Assembly: GCA_050949315.1 (NCBI GenBank)
Contig: JBMNFL010000001.1
Coordinates: forward strand, 288,001 to 352,000
DNA from: Bacilli bacterium
GTDB lineage: Bacteria; Bacillota_I; Bacilli_A; RFN20; UBA1709
Reading direction: 5' to 3'
DNA: 64,000 nucleotides
Below the pieces are notes generated by a model. The model saw only the letters and a list, made by a program, of their open reading frames with translations. It was not told where the DNA came from and did no database searches. The translations under genes were made by a program, and so were the position numbers. Positions 34,094 through 43,060 of the stretch are shown in pieces (position 1 is the first letter of the stretch; every line of letters begins with the position of its first letter).

Positions 34094-34699
34094 ATGAAAT
34101 GTTTGAAACATGTCAATAGTTATATTGGGGTTAATACCTACCTGGTTGGTGATGATACTTGTTACATCATTGATCCTGGTAGCGATGGCAAAGTAATTGC
34201 CAAAAAAGTTCAAGAAAACTTTAAAGGTGTCAAGGCCATTCTTTTAACCCATGCCCATATTGATCATATACTCAGTGTAGATTATCTAGCTGATCTCTTT
34301 CATTGTCCTATCTATCTGCATTCAGGCGATTTAGAATATGTCAATGGTTCCTATAGTTCTAACTACATGATACGCGATTTTCTAGTAGAGATTAAAAGCC
34401 CCATCAGCGATGTTCTTACTTTGAACGATCCTAATATCCGAATCTATGAAACCCCAGGGCATTCTAAAGGTAGTGTCTGTTTTCATTTTTTAAAGGAGAA
34501 ATTGCTTTTCACGGGGGATACGCTCTTTGCCTTTTCTATCGGACGAGTGGATTTACCAGGTGGCAGTCAAAAAGAAATGTGGGCCAGTTTAAGATTCCTA
34601 AAAACGCTTGACGATGACTTAATTGTGCATCCAGGCCATGAAGAATCAAGCAGTATCGGCCTTGAAAAGAAAAGAAATTACTATCTCAGTAAGGTCTAA
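34094..34699 (+). CDS. MBL-fold metallo-hydrolase (glyoxalase II/YqgX-like)
   Basis: THAHIDH, TPGHS.G, FTGD and PGH motifs. Confidence 0.9.
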   Translation: MKCLKHVNSYIGVNTYLVGDDTCYIIDPGSDGKVIAKKVQENFKGVKAILLTHAHIDHILSVDYLADLFHCPIYLHSGDLEYVNGSYSSNYMIRDFLVEIKSPISDVLTLNDPNIRIYETPGHSKGSVCFHFLKEKLLFTGDTLFAFSIGRVDLPGGSQKEMWASLRFLKTLDDDLIVHPGHEESSSIGLEKKRNYYLSKV

Positions 34700-34770
34700 A
34701 GAAGATTTTCTTGATTAACTAAGGCAAAATAGATTAAAATATGTGGTGGTATTAAGCGAGGTGTTTTAAG

Positions 34771-35328
34771 ATGATTCAAGCCATTGATATTAAACCCGGC
34801 ACAACTTTTGAAGACAGCGGAAATATTTATGTCGCTCTCGACATTCTGCATAATAAAACAGCAATGCGCAAGATGGTCGTTAAAGTTAAAGTTCGCAATC
34901 TAAGAACTGGGGCCATAACCGATATGTCTTATAGTGGCGACAATCGCTTTAATGAAGCTCGTCTAGATAAAAAGCAGATGCAATATCTCTATGACGACGG
35001 CGACCACCTTGTCTTTATGGATAATACAACCTACGATCAGGTCAGTATTAGTAAAGAACGCCTAAAATGGGAACTTAATTTCATGGTTGAGAATACCGAT
35101 GTAGAAATAACTTACTACGAAAAAGAAATCCTCGGTGTGGCTTTACCAGCTAAAGTCAACCTAAAAATCATCGAAACCGAACCCAGTATTCGTGGCGATA
35201 CCGCTAGCAAAGCTACTAAAGAAGCCACTTTACAAACCGGTTATGTCATCCGTGTTCCTCTTTTCATTGAAGAGGGGGAAACAGTGGTGGTAAGAACTGA
35301 TACCGGTACTTACGATTCAAGAGCTTAA
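34771..35328 (+). CDS. efp: Translation elongation factor P
   Basis: MQYLY.DG...FMD..TYDQ and VPLFI..GE...V.T..G.Y..RA motifs. Confidence 0.95.
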   Translation: MIQAIDIKPGTTFEDSGNIYVALDILHNKTAMRKMVVKVKVRNLRTGAITDMSYSGDNRFNEARLDKKQMQYLYDDGDHLVFMDNTTYDQVSISKERLKWELNFMVENTDVEITYYEKEILGVALPAKVNLKIIETEPSIRGDTASKATKEATLQTGYVIRVPLFIEEGETVVVRTDTGTYDSRA

Positions 35329-35370
35329 AATCTCAGTTTTAGATTTTAGATTAAAGAAAGGAGAAGGGAT

Positions 35371-35712
35371 ATGGCCAGTATTGAATATCATAAAATTGTC
35401 AACTTTACTACTTATGGTAATTTAGGCATCAGTAACAACGTGATTGCCGAAATCACCCGGCAAGCGGTTAACGACTGTGAAGGGGCAGCAATGGCCGATT
35501 CGCATTCCCGTCTCTTTGGTAAAAAAGATACTGTTGTTTGTAAATTTTCTAAGAAAGGCGAATTGACTATCGACGTCCATATCAAAATCAAAATCGGCTA
35601 TAACGTCAGTGAAACCAGTGCCCGAGTTCAAGAAAAAATTGAACATGATTTGCTGTACATGACCGAGATTCGTCCACGTCGAATTCACGTTATCGTGTCG
35701 GATGTAAAATAA
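35371..35712 (+). CDS. Asp23/Gls24 family protein (YqhY-like)
   Basis: IS..VIA.I and VQEKI motifs; efp-asp23-nusB synteny. Confidence 0.85.
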   Translation: MASIEYHKIVNFTTYGNLGISNNVIAEITRQAVNDCEGAAMADSHSRLFGKKDTVVCKFSKKGELTIDVHIKIKIGYNVSETSARVQEKIEHDLLYMTEIRPRRIHVIVSDVK

Positions 35713-35739
35713 CAAGGCTCAAGGGCCTTTTATTTTTTC
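35692..35739 (+). repeat. Degenerate direct repeat, left copy (asp23 3' end plus terminator)
   Basis: ATCGTGTCGGATGTAAAATAACAAGGCTCAAGGGCCTTTTATTTTTTC. Confidence 0.7.
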
Positions 35740-35757
35740 CCAAATTTACTAAAAGTA

Positions 35758-35786
35758 ATGACAATTGAACATACGTGATGTATAAT
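35758..35786 (+). promoter_or_regulatory. Promoter of the islet gene
   Basis: ATGACA-17 bp-TATAAT, overlapped by a TGAACA..TGTTCA inverted repeat. Confidence 0.6.
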
Positions 35787-35871
35787 TTGTTCACAAATAA
35801 CCATATATCTCGGGGAAGGAGGAGTGTTATCTAACTCAATTCCGAGTATAGGTAGATAACATAATTGGATT

Positions 35872-36237
35872 ATGAAAGAAGAAAATAAAATCGTCGAATA
35901 TCGAAGCCCCAACAAGATTCTGGTGACTGTCGCAATCATCATATCCATTTTAATATCGATTTCGTATTTTTTACCAATAATTAGAATTGAAAATGAATAT
36001 CATGGAACACTGCAGTATAATGCTTTTAACGCTACTTCAATTACCGGGTTTTTGCCACTACTGCTTATTTCTCTCATCTTATATGTAGTTCAAATCATAT
36101 TTAGTTTTATTTACCTATTTAAAAAGCCTATCAAGAAAGAGCATTATATATCATACAATGTGCTGTTTGTAGTCGCGCTTATACTATCAGTAATTGCATA
36201 TTCCTCTTGTTTATATTTAAATCGTTTTATAAAATAA
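35872..36237 (+). CDS. Orphan 3-TM membrane protein (AT-rich islet cargo)
   Basis: 121 aa with three hydrophobic segments; ATA/TTA-rich codons unlike neighbours. Confidence 0.65.
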   Translation: MKEENKIVEYRSPNKILVTVAIIISILISISYFLPIIRIENEYHGTLQYNAFNATSITGFLPLLLISLILYVVQIIFSFIYLFKKPIKKEHYISYNVLFVVALILSVIAYSSCLYLNRFIK

Positions 36238-36283
36238 TCATATCAGATATAAAATAAAAAGGCCTCAAGGCCTTTATTTTTTC
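36237..36283 (+). repeat. Degenerate direct repeat, right copy
   Basis: ATCATATCAGATATAAAATAAAAAGGCCTCAAGGCCTTTATTTTTTC. Confidence 0.7.
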
Positions 36284-36840
36284 TTCTTGTGGCGAGCAAA
36301 GATACGGCTATAACTTTTAACACGTTCCAGCGCCGCTTCTTTTTCTTCGTCGCTTAAACTTTCAAATTCAAGTTCGTACCAACGTTTTTGATGTTCAACT
36401 AAATGAAGATTAGCCCGCGGATCTTTAGCAGCTTCCTCCAATCTCTTAATTTCCCGATTAGTAGATATGACATAGTAAACTAAGCCCGCGACAAAAATTG
36501 CCGAAAAGCCAAAACCATAAGCTAAACCATCTTGTTTTTGGACAATCCAAAACACCAAAAAGGTTAAGGTCGTTAAAATAACCATAATCATTGGTAAAAT
36601 CGCCATTTTCCAATCTTCTCTTAAGCGGAAAATAATATATTGAAAACGAAACTTTAGTTCTTCATCACTATATTCTCTTTCTTGTTCGCGTTTTTCTAAT
36701 TTGTCTTTTTTAATCCTTTGAAGTTTTTTCTTCAATTCCTCAAGTTCTTCAGGACTTAAACCCTCCATTTGCTGAACGATTTTTTCGCTCTCGCTTGGAA
36801 CGGTCTTTTTTTCTTCCGCGTTGTTTTCCAAAGTTGCCAC
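36274..36840 (-). CDS. Hypothetical protein, coiled-coil plus two TMs
   Basis: 188 aa; GTG start after AAAGAG. Confidence 0.7.
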   Translation of the reverse strand: MATLENNAEEKKTVPSESEKIVQQMEGLSPEELEELKKKLQRIKKDKLEKREQEREYSDEELKFRFQYIIFRLREDWKMAILPMIMVILTTLTFLVFWIVQKQDGLAYGFGFSAIFVAGLVYYVISTNREIKRLEEAAKDPRANLHLVEHQKRWYELEFESLSDEEKEAALERVKSYSRIFARHKKKK

Positions 36841-36945
36841 CTCTTTTTCCCTAATATTCTAAAAGAAAGCCTATCGTTTAGCAAGTTTTATGTTTATAAA
36901 AAGCAAAATTATGCTATCATAATTACGTTAGGAGTTATGGAAGCG

Positions 36946-37362
36946 ATGAGTACTGATGAAAAAACCTTGACCCGCAATCAAATGCATGAAAAGTTGATGA
37001 TCTGCACCTATCAATACCTTTTCTATATGATTGCTAACGATGAGCAAACCCTAGATGCCATTATCGATTCGGTCTTTGGCTTTGAGGAGCCTAAATATGT
37101 TGATCCTTTTATACGAGAGGGCTTTTTAGCGATTATCACCTACTATTTAGAAGCCATAGATAAACTAGAACCTCTACTGATAAATTGGCGTTTTGAGCGC
37201 TTAGATCTCATTGAACAGGCGATTTTAATCTTAGGTTATATTGAATACAAGTACTTAGAGATCCCCAAGCCAGTCATGATCAATATCTGTGTGAAATTGG
37301 CCCAAAAATATGCCAATGACGAGTCCTATAAATTTATCAACGCTATTTTGGAGAAGATTTAA
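36946..37362 (+). CDS. nusB: Transcription antitermination factor NusB
   Basis: W.FERL..IE.AIL, V.IN..V.LA.KY and FINAIL motifs. Confidence 0.9.
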   Translation: MSTDEKTLTRNQMHEKLMICTYQYLFYMIANDEQTLDAIIDSVFGFEEPKYVDPFIREGFLAIITYYLEAIDKLEPLLINWRFERLDLIEQAILILGYIEYKYLEIPKPVMINICVKLAQKYANDESYKFINAILEKI

Positions 37363-38631
37363 ATGGATTATTTTAGTGTTAGTGCCTTAAATAGCTACAT
37401 CAAAAACCGCCTAGAAAGCGATGAAGAGCTAAAAAACATTCAAGTACTTGGAGAAATCTCTAATTTCAAAGCCCATTCCTCCGGTCATCTTTACTTTACC
37501 TTAAAAGACGAGCAGAGTCGGATCAGTGCGGTTATGTTTAGCAGCTATGTAAAAAGAGTCAGTATAAGAATTGAAAACGGCTTAAAAGTCGTTGTTTCCG
37601 GTAGTGTTTCGGTCTATAAGGCCGGTGGCAGTTACCAGATCTATGTCTATGCTTTAGAGCCAGTCGGTATCGGTAATCTCTATCTCCAATTTGAAGAACT
37701 TAAAAAGCGGCTAGCCGAAGAAGGACTCTTTGCCGCTGAACATAAAAAAGACTTGCCCCCTTTCCCTAAGTCTATCGGTGTCATCAGTGCGAAAGAAGGG
37801 GCGGCTATCCGTGATGTTATCACTACCATTAAAAGGCGTTGGCCCTTGACTAAAATCACCTTATTACCCTCACTTGTTCAGGGTAAAAGTGCCACTAGTT
37901 CTATTGTCAAAGCCTTAGAAAAAGCCGATTCCTTAAATTTTGATGTTTTGATCATCGCTCGTGGCGGTGGTTCACTTGAAGACCTGTGGTGTTTTAATGA
38001 AGAAGAGGTTGCTAGGACAGTCTACGCCTTAAAAACCCCCATCATTGCCGCCATTGGTCATGAGACCGATACCACCATCATCGATTTTGTAGCCGATAAG
38101 CGGGCAGCCACGCCAACCGCGGCGGCCGAACTTGCCACCCCCAATCTTGAAAATGTGTTAAGACTATTAGAACAACAAAATTTACGCCTCATAAAGGCTT
38201 TTACTAATCGTTTAGATAATCAAAAAAAGAACTTTAAGCGTTTGGCCTCCTGTGCCTGCTTTAATCAAAAAGAGTTGCTCTATGCCCATAAGGCTCTTAC
38301 TTTACATCTACTAGAACAACAGCTCCTAAATGTTAAAGAACGGCTCTTTAATCAGGCCCAAAGTCTTCTAAATACCTGTCATCAGGAACTAAGACATTCC
38401 ATTATGACCAAAGTAGAAAAAAGCAAACATAAATTAGGTCTTCTAATCTCAAAAATCAACTCCTTAAATCCCTTAGAAATCTTAAATAGAGGCTATGGGA
38501 TGTTAGAAGTTGATAATATAATTATCAAATCTGTTAAACAGGTCGAGATTGGTCAACAATTAGATATCAGTTTACACGATGGAAAAATCCAAGCAAACAT
38601 CACCAATAAGGAGGAAATAAAACATGGCTAA
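37363..38631 (+). CDS. xseA: Exodeoxyribonuclease VII large subunit
   Basis: GEISNF..SGHLYF.LKD, RGGGSLEDLW.FN and GHETD motifs. Confidence 0.96.
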   Translation: MDYFSVSALNSYIKNRLESDEELKNIQVLGEISNFKAHSSGHLYFTLKDEQSRISAVMFSSYVKRVSIRIENGLKVVVSGSVSVYKAGGSYQIYVYALEPVGIGNLYLQFEELKKRLAEEGLFAAEHKKDLPPFPKSIGVISAKEGAAIRDVITTIKRRWPLTKITLLPSLVQGKSATSSIVKALEKADSLNFDVLIIARGGGSLEDLWCFNEEEVARTVYALKTPIIAAIGHETDTTIIDFVADKRAATPTAAAELATPNLENVLRLLEQQNLRLIKAFTNRLDNQKKNFKRLASCACFNQKELLYAHKALTLHLLEQQLLNVKERLFNQAQSLLNTCHQELRHSIMTKVEKSKHKLGLLISKINSLNPLEILNRGYGMLEVDNIIIKSVKQVEIGQQLDISLHDGKIQANITNKEEIKHG

Positions 38632-38845
38632 AGAAACATTTAAATTTGAAGAGGCCATCAAAAGACTCGAACAAATCGTCAGTAGTTTAGAAAGTGGGGA
38701 AGTGGCCTTAGATGAGGCTCTCAAACTCTTTCAAGAGGGCGTTGGTCTAGTCAAAGCCTGCGATGAAAAATTAAAAAAGGTTGAGGAAAAAGCCACTAAA
38801 ATTTTAGAAGGTGAAGTCGAAAAAGACTTTAAAGAACTCGACTGA
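38624..38845 (+). CDS. xseB: Exodeoxyribonuclease VII small subunit
   Basis: FEEA..RLE.IV..LE.G...LDE motif. Confidence 0.93.
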   Translation: MAKETFKFEEAIKRLEQIVSSLESGEVALDEALKLFQEGVGLVKACDEKLKKVEEKATKILEGEVEKDFKELD

Positions 38846-39639
38846 TGCGCTTAGATCTGTTTTTAGTTAAACAGGGCTTCTTTAAAAGCCGCCAAAAAGC
38901 TCAAGCTGCCATAAACGATGGCTATGTAAGGGTCAATAACAAACTTGTAATTAAGGTGAGTTTTAACTGTGAAGAAGGGGATATCATTGATATTAATCCC
39001 AACATTAACCCCTATGTCTCTAGAGGCGGGCTGAAACTTGAGAAAGCCTGGCAGTATTTCAAACTAAACTTTAAAGACAAGCTCGTACTTGATATTGGAG
39101 CTTCCACCGGCGGTTTTACTGATTGTGCCTTAAAAAAAGGGGCACGCCAAGTCTATGCCTTAGATGCTGGCACAGATCAACTTGATATAAATCTACTGAA
39201 AGATAAGCGGGTTAAAAGCCTAGAAAACCTTAATTTTCGTTACGCAACTAAAAAAGATTTAGATGAACTTAAATTTGATTTTGTTCTTATTGATGTTTCT
39301 TTTATTTCTTTAAAATACATCTTTGAGAATCTTCAAAATTTCGCTCATAAAGAGACTTTAATCATCGCTTTGGTTAAGCCGCAATTTGAACTTTACGATG
39401 AAGCCTACAGGCAGCGGGGTGTGATTAGAAAAAAGAGCGATCATTTAAATGCCCTGTCTAACGTAGTATTAGAAGCCAAGAACTTTTCTTTAAACCTACA
39501 AGGACTCACTTTTTCACCCATTCAAGGGGAGAAGAAGGGTAATATTGAATTTCTAGCTCTCTTTAGTTATAAGGAAGTTGAAAAATCTATTGACCTAAGA
39601 GCAATCATCGAGGAAGCTCACAAGCACTTTAACAACTAA
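38845..39639 (+). CDS. tlyA: TlyA family rRNA methyltransferase
   Basis: S4 domain; YVSRGGLKL, DIGASTGGFTD, DVSFISL and LVKPQFE motifs. Confidence 0.93.
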   Translation: MRLDLFLVKQGFFKSRQKAQAAINDGYVRVNNKLVIKVSFNCEEGDIIDINPNINPYVSRGGLKLEKAWQYFKLNFKDKLVLDIGASTGGFTDCALKKGARQVYALDAGTDQLDINLLKDKRVKSLENLNFRYATKKDLDELKFDFVLIDVSFISLKYIFENLQNFAHKETLIIALVKPQFELYDEAYRQRGVIRKKSDHLNALSNVVLEAKNFSLNLQGLTFSPIQGEKKGNIEFLALFSYKEVEKSIDLRAIIEEAHKHFNN

Positions 39640-39704
39640 AACATACCGCGCGTATGTTTTTATTTATTTTTAGTCTTTAAAAAACTATAATAGAAAGGGG
39701 TGAG

Positions 39705-40877
39705 ATGATGGCAAGAGTAATTTTACATATCGATATGAATGCTTATTTTTCCTCTTGCGCAGAACTGGCGCAACCTGAATATAAGGGCAAGGTCATCGCT
39801 ATTGCTCATGATGACAACCGCTCAGTGATTTCCACAGCCTCCTACGCCGCTAGAAAATATGGTATCCACAGTGCGATGCCAGTATATCAAGCTAAAAAAC
39901 TCTGTCCCCATTTGATTCTAATCCCGCCAGATTTCGCCCTTTATGAATACTATACCAAGCGCTTTGTCGCTATCATTAAATCCTTTAGTCCTATAATTCA
40001 AATGGCGAGTATTGATGAGTGCTTTGTCGATATGAGTGAACGCTTAAAAAACGAGAAGAAACCCTTAGAGGTAATCGCTTCAATTCAAAAGCGTATCTAT
40101 CAAGAAACGGGACTTTCTTGTAGCATCGGTGTGGCCCCAAATAAATTCCTAGCCAAGATGGCTAGTGATATGAAAAAACCCATGGGCTTAACTGTCATAC
40201 GTAAGAAAGAAATCCCTGTAAAACTCTGGCCAATTCCTATTAATAAGATGTTTGGTGTTGGCAAAAAAACCACGGCCCAACTCCTAAAAATCGGGATTAA
40301 AACCATCGGTGATCTTGCTAATTATCCTGATGATTATACCCTAAAAATGCTCTTGGGTGTCAATGCCTATACCCTTAAAAAATGGGCCCAAGGCATAGAT
40401 AAATCCCCAGTCAAAGTCGAGCAGGATGATCCTAAATCAATCGGGCATTCTCGCACCTTAGAACACAACACTAACGACTATCAAGAGCTGACTTCCCTAT
40501 TAGCAAAACTAGCTAAATTGGTGTCCCAGAGGGCTAAAAAAGAACACATGTTAGGCTTGAGTGTTTCTTTAACAATGAAGGATGCTTCTTTCCGCGTTAA
40601 AAATCGTTCTTGTCAGCTAGATGACTATACTAACGATCAAGAAGTAATCCTTACTTCCGCTCTCAATTTGTTTGATAAAAATTACCGAGGTGAGACCTTA
40701 AGACTATTAGGAATCACTCTTCAAAAAACCATCAATGAAAGCGACTATAGCCAGCAGATCAGCCTTTTTGAACCACTCAAACCACTTAAGAACAAAAATG
40801 AAATTCAAAATTTAGTAAAAAAACTCAATCAAGAACTTGGCAAAGATTTGTTAAAAATTGCCGGAGGTGAAAAATGA
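39705..40877 (+). CDS. dinB: DNA polymerase IV
   Basis: HIDMNAYF, SYAARKYG, SIDE and KMASDMKKP motifs. Confidence 0.94.
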   Translation: MMARVILHIDMNAYFSSCAELAQPEYKGKVIAIAHDDNRSVISTASYAARKYGIHSAMPVYQAKKLCPHLILIPPDFALYEYYTKRFVAIIKSFSPIIQMASIDECFVDMSERLKNEKKPLEVIASIQKRIYQETGLSCSIGVAPNKFLAKMASDMKKPMGLTVIRKKEIPVKLWPIPINKMFGVGKKTTAQLLKIGIKTIGDLANYPDDYTLKMLLGVNAYTLKKWAQGIDKSPVKVEQDDPKSIGHSRTLEHNTNDYQELTSLLAKLAKLVSQRAKKEHMLGLSVSLTMKDASFRVKNRSCQLDDYTNDQEVILTSALNLFDKNYRGETLRLLGITLQKTINESDYSQQISLFEPLKPLKNKNEIQNLVKKLNQELGKDLLKIAGGEK

Positions 40878-41764
40878 ACTATCGGGAATTATATTACGAC
40901 TATCTTCAGTTTGAAAAAAACTTAAGTCCCAATAGCATCAAAACTTTAGAAGCGCATCTAAAGCTTTATTTAGAATACCTCGCAAAACATAGTATAGATG
41001 TTACTGAGGCTTCTCCTGTTGACCTCCGCAACTGGTTTAAGGAAGAAAAATTGCAAGGGAAGAGTGAAGCTACCCTAGCTTCCTACTTAACAGCAATTCG
41101 CTCCTTTTATCGCTTTTTAAATAAGGATGGCTATGCCAAAGCTGATCCCACGCTTCTAATCGAAACCATTAAACTTCCTAAACGGATTCCTGATTTTTTA
41201 AGTCTTGAGGAAGTCAATCGCTTAATTGCCGTTATTCCTAGCGACTCTCTTGTCGGTTTACGCGATAGAGCCCTATTTGAGTTTATCTATACAACCGGCG
41301 CCCGCATCAGTGAGGCTTTAAATTTAAAATTCAACCAACTTAACCTAAGCGATGCCACAGTTATTATTCAAGGTAAGGGTAGTAAACAAAGGCTGGCCTT
41401 TTTAGGTGATGTGGCCCTTAATTATCTTTATGAATACTTAAGAGATAGCCGATCCAAACTCTTAAAAGAGCAGTTTTCTAATTATGTTTTTGTTGGTGAA
41501 AGAAGTGAAAAACTCAGTCGCTCCCACGCCTTAACAAAACTCAAAAAATATGCTAAAATGGCAGGGATAAATAAAAATATAAGCCCGCATACCTTAAGGC
41601 ATTCTTTTGCCACTCATCTTTTAGAAAACGACGCGGATTTGATGTTGGTTAAAACCTTACTTGGACACGCCAGTGTCACAACCACCCAAATCTATACCCA
41701 TATCAGTAAGAAACGTTTAAAAGAGGTCTATAATCAAGCCCATCCATTTGGAAAGAAGGAATAA
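40874..41764 (+). CDS. xerD: Chromosomal tyrosine recombinase XerD
   Basis: TGARISE, GKG.K.R, HTLRHSFATHLL and LGH....TTQIYTH; xerD-deoB synteny. Confidence 0.9.
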   Translation: MNYRELYYDYLQFEKNLSPNSIKTLEAHLKLYLEYLAKHSIDVTEASPVDLRNWFKEEKLQGKSEATLASYLTAIRSFYRFLNKDGYAKADPTLLIETIKLPKRIPDFLSLEEVNRLIAVIPSDSLVGLRDRALFEFIYTTGARISEALNLKFNQLNLSDATVIIQGKGSKQRLAFLGDVALNYLYEYLRDSRSKLLKEQFSNYVFVGERSEKLSRSHALTKLKKYAKMAGINKNISPHTLRHSFATHLLENDADLMLVKTLLGHASVTTTQIYTHISKKRLKEVYNQAHPFGKKE

Positions 41765-41766
41765 AA

Positions 41767-42966
41767 ATGCGAGAATTTAAAAGAATTTTCCTCATTGTCA
41801 TGGATTCAGTCGGTATAGGTCATGCCGTAGATGCTGAAGAATACGGCGATTTTGGTAAGCCTAATACCCTTTTAAACATCGATCAAGCCATCGGTGGTTT
41901 AAAACTCCCTAATCTAGAGAAATTAGGCTTAGGAAATTACGATAATTACCTTTATATTCGCCCTGAAAAGCAGATCAAAGGGGCTTTTGCCGCCCGTTTT
42001 CACGAGCAGAGTAAGGCTAAGGATACTTTGGCAGGGCACTGGGAAATCATGGGCTTAGAGACTACTAAACCCTTTAAAACCTTTGAAGAAAACGGTTTTC
42101 CTAAAGCCTTAATTGATGAATTAATTGCCAAGACGGGTAGAGGTGTTTTAGGAAATTACGCCGCTTCTGGCACCCAAATTATCGCTGATTTAGGTGAAGA
42201 ACATATGAAAACTGGCAAACTAATCGTCTATACTTCTTCCGATTCGGTATTACAGATTGCTGCCCATGAAGAAATAATCCCCGTTCCTGAACTTTACCGA
42301 TATTGTGAGATTGCTAGAGAAATAACCCTTAAAGACGAGTGGAAAGTGGGGCGTATAATCGCTCGTCCTTTTATCGGAACTAAGGCTAAAAACTTTAAAA
42401 GAACCAAACGGCGCCACGACTATGCTTTATCACCATTTAAAGATACTTATTTAGATTTAATTAAAGAAAAGTCTTACGATATCGTAGCCATTGGTAAGAT
42501 CAATGATATCTATAATGGCTGTGGTATTACCGAGGTACAAAAAACGCTAAATAACGATGATGGCATGGATAAGACCATCGCCCTTGCCAAAAAAAGTGAT
42601 AGTTTCCATGGTCTTTGCTTTGTAAATTTGGTTGATTTTGATATGGAATTCGGCCATCGCCGCAATGTAGAAGGTTATGCTTCTTGCTTAGAGAAATTTG
42701 ATAAGCGTTTAGGTGAATTACTAAAATATTTAAAAGAAGATGATTTGTTAATTCTCACTGCCGATCACGGCAATGATCCCACTCAAGATGGAACTAATCA
42801 CACTAGAGAAACGGTCCCTGGGCTTTTCTATTCACCAAGTTTTAAAAAAGGTCGCTACCTAGGTGAATTTAAAACCTTTGCCATGATTGGGGCTACTGTC
42901 GCGGCGAATTTTGGAATAAGATCTAGTGATTTATTAGGAGAAAGCTTAGGACATTTACTGGAATAA
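41767..42966 (+). CDS. deoB: Phosphopentomutase
   Basis: MDSVGIG, KDT..GHWE, FGHRR and TADHGNDP..HTRE motifs. Confidence 0.95.
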   Translation: MREFKRIFLIVMDSVGIGHAVDAEEYGDFGKPNTLLNIDQAIGGLKLPNLEKLGLGNYDNYLYIRPEKQIKGAFAARFHEQSKAKDTLAGHWEIMGLETTKPFKTFEENGFPKALIDELIAKTGRGVLGNYAASGTQIIADLGEEHMKTGKLIVYTSSDSVLQIAAHEEIIPVPELYRYCEIAREITLKDEWKVGRIIARPFIGTKAKNFKRTKRRHDYALSPFKDTYLDLIKEKSYDIVAIGKINDIYNGCGITEVQKTLNNDDGMDKTIALAKKSDSFHGLCFVNLVDFDMEFGHRRNVEGYASCLEKFDKRLGELLKYLKEDDLLILTADHGNDPTQDGTNHTRETVPGLFYSPSFKKGRYLGEFKTFAMIGATVAANFGIRSSDLLGESLGHLLE

Positions 42967-43060
42967 ATGCATTTTTACTATCATAAGATGAATTATGCGA
43001 AGTTAATTGAATTAATAAAAATATAAAAAAATGATGCTATCCTCTAACATCATTTTCTTT

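Noticed and set aside
35824-35859. 11-codon leader peptide (GTG..TAA) in the islet leader
   Set aside because: AGGAGG is only 1 nt from the GTG, too close for initiation; an RNA structure explains the sequence better.
36769-36945. N-terminal extension of NusB (likewise for pncB, coaX and metK in the ORF track)
   Set aside because: The extensions overlap neighbouring genes or leaders; SD-supported downstream starts give normal lengths.
39637-39661. LexA/SOS box upstream of dinB
   Set aside because: The AAACATAC..GTATGTTT palindrome is followed by Ts and fits a tlyA terminator; no GAAC-N4-GTTC site is present.
40874-41764. Phage or ICE integrase
   Set aside because: Motifs, host-like codon usage and xerD-deoB synteny indicate housekeeping XerD; no mobile cargo nearby.
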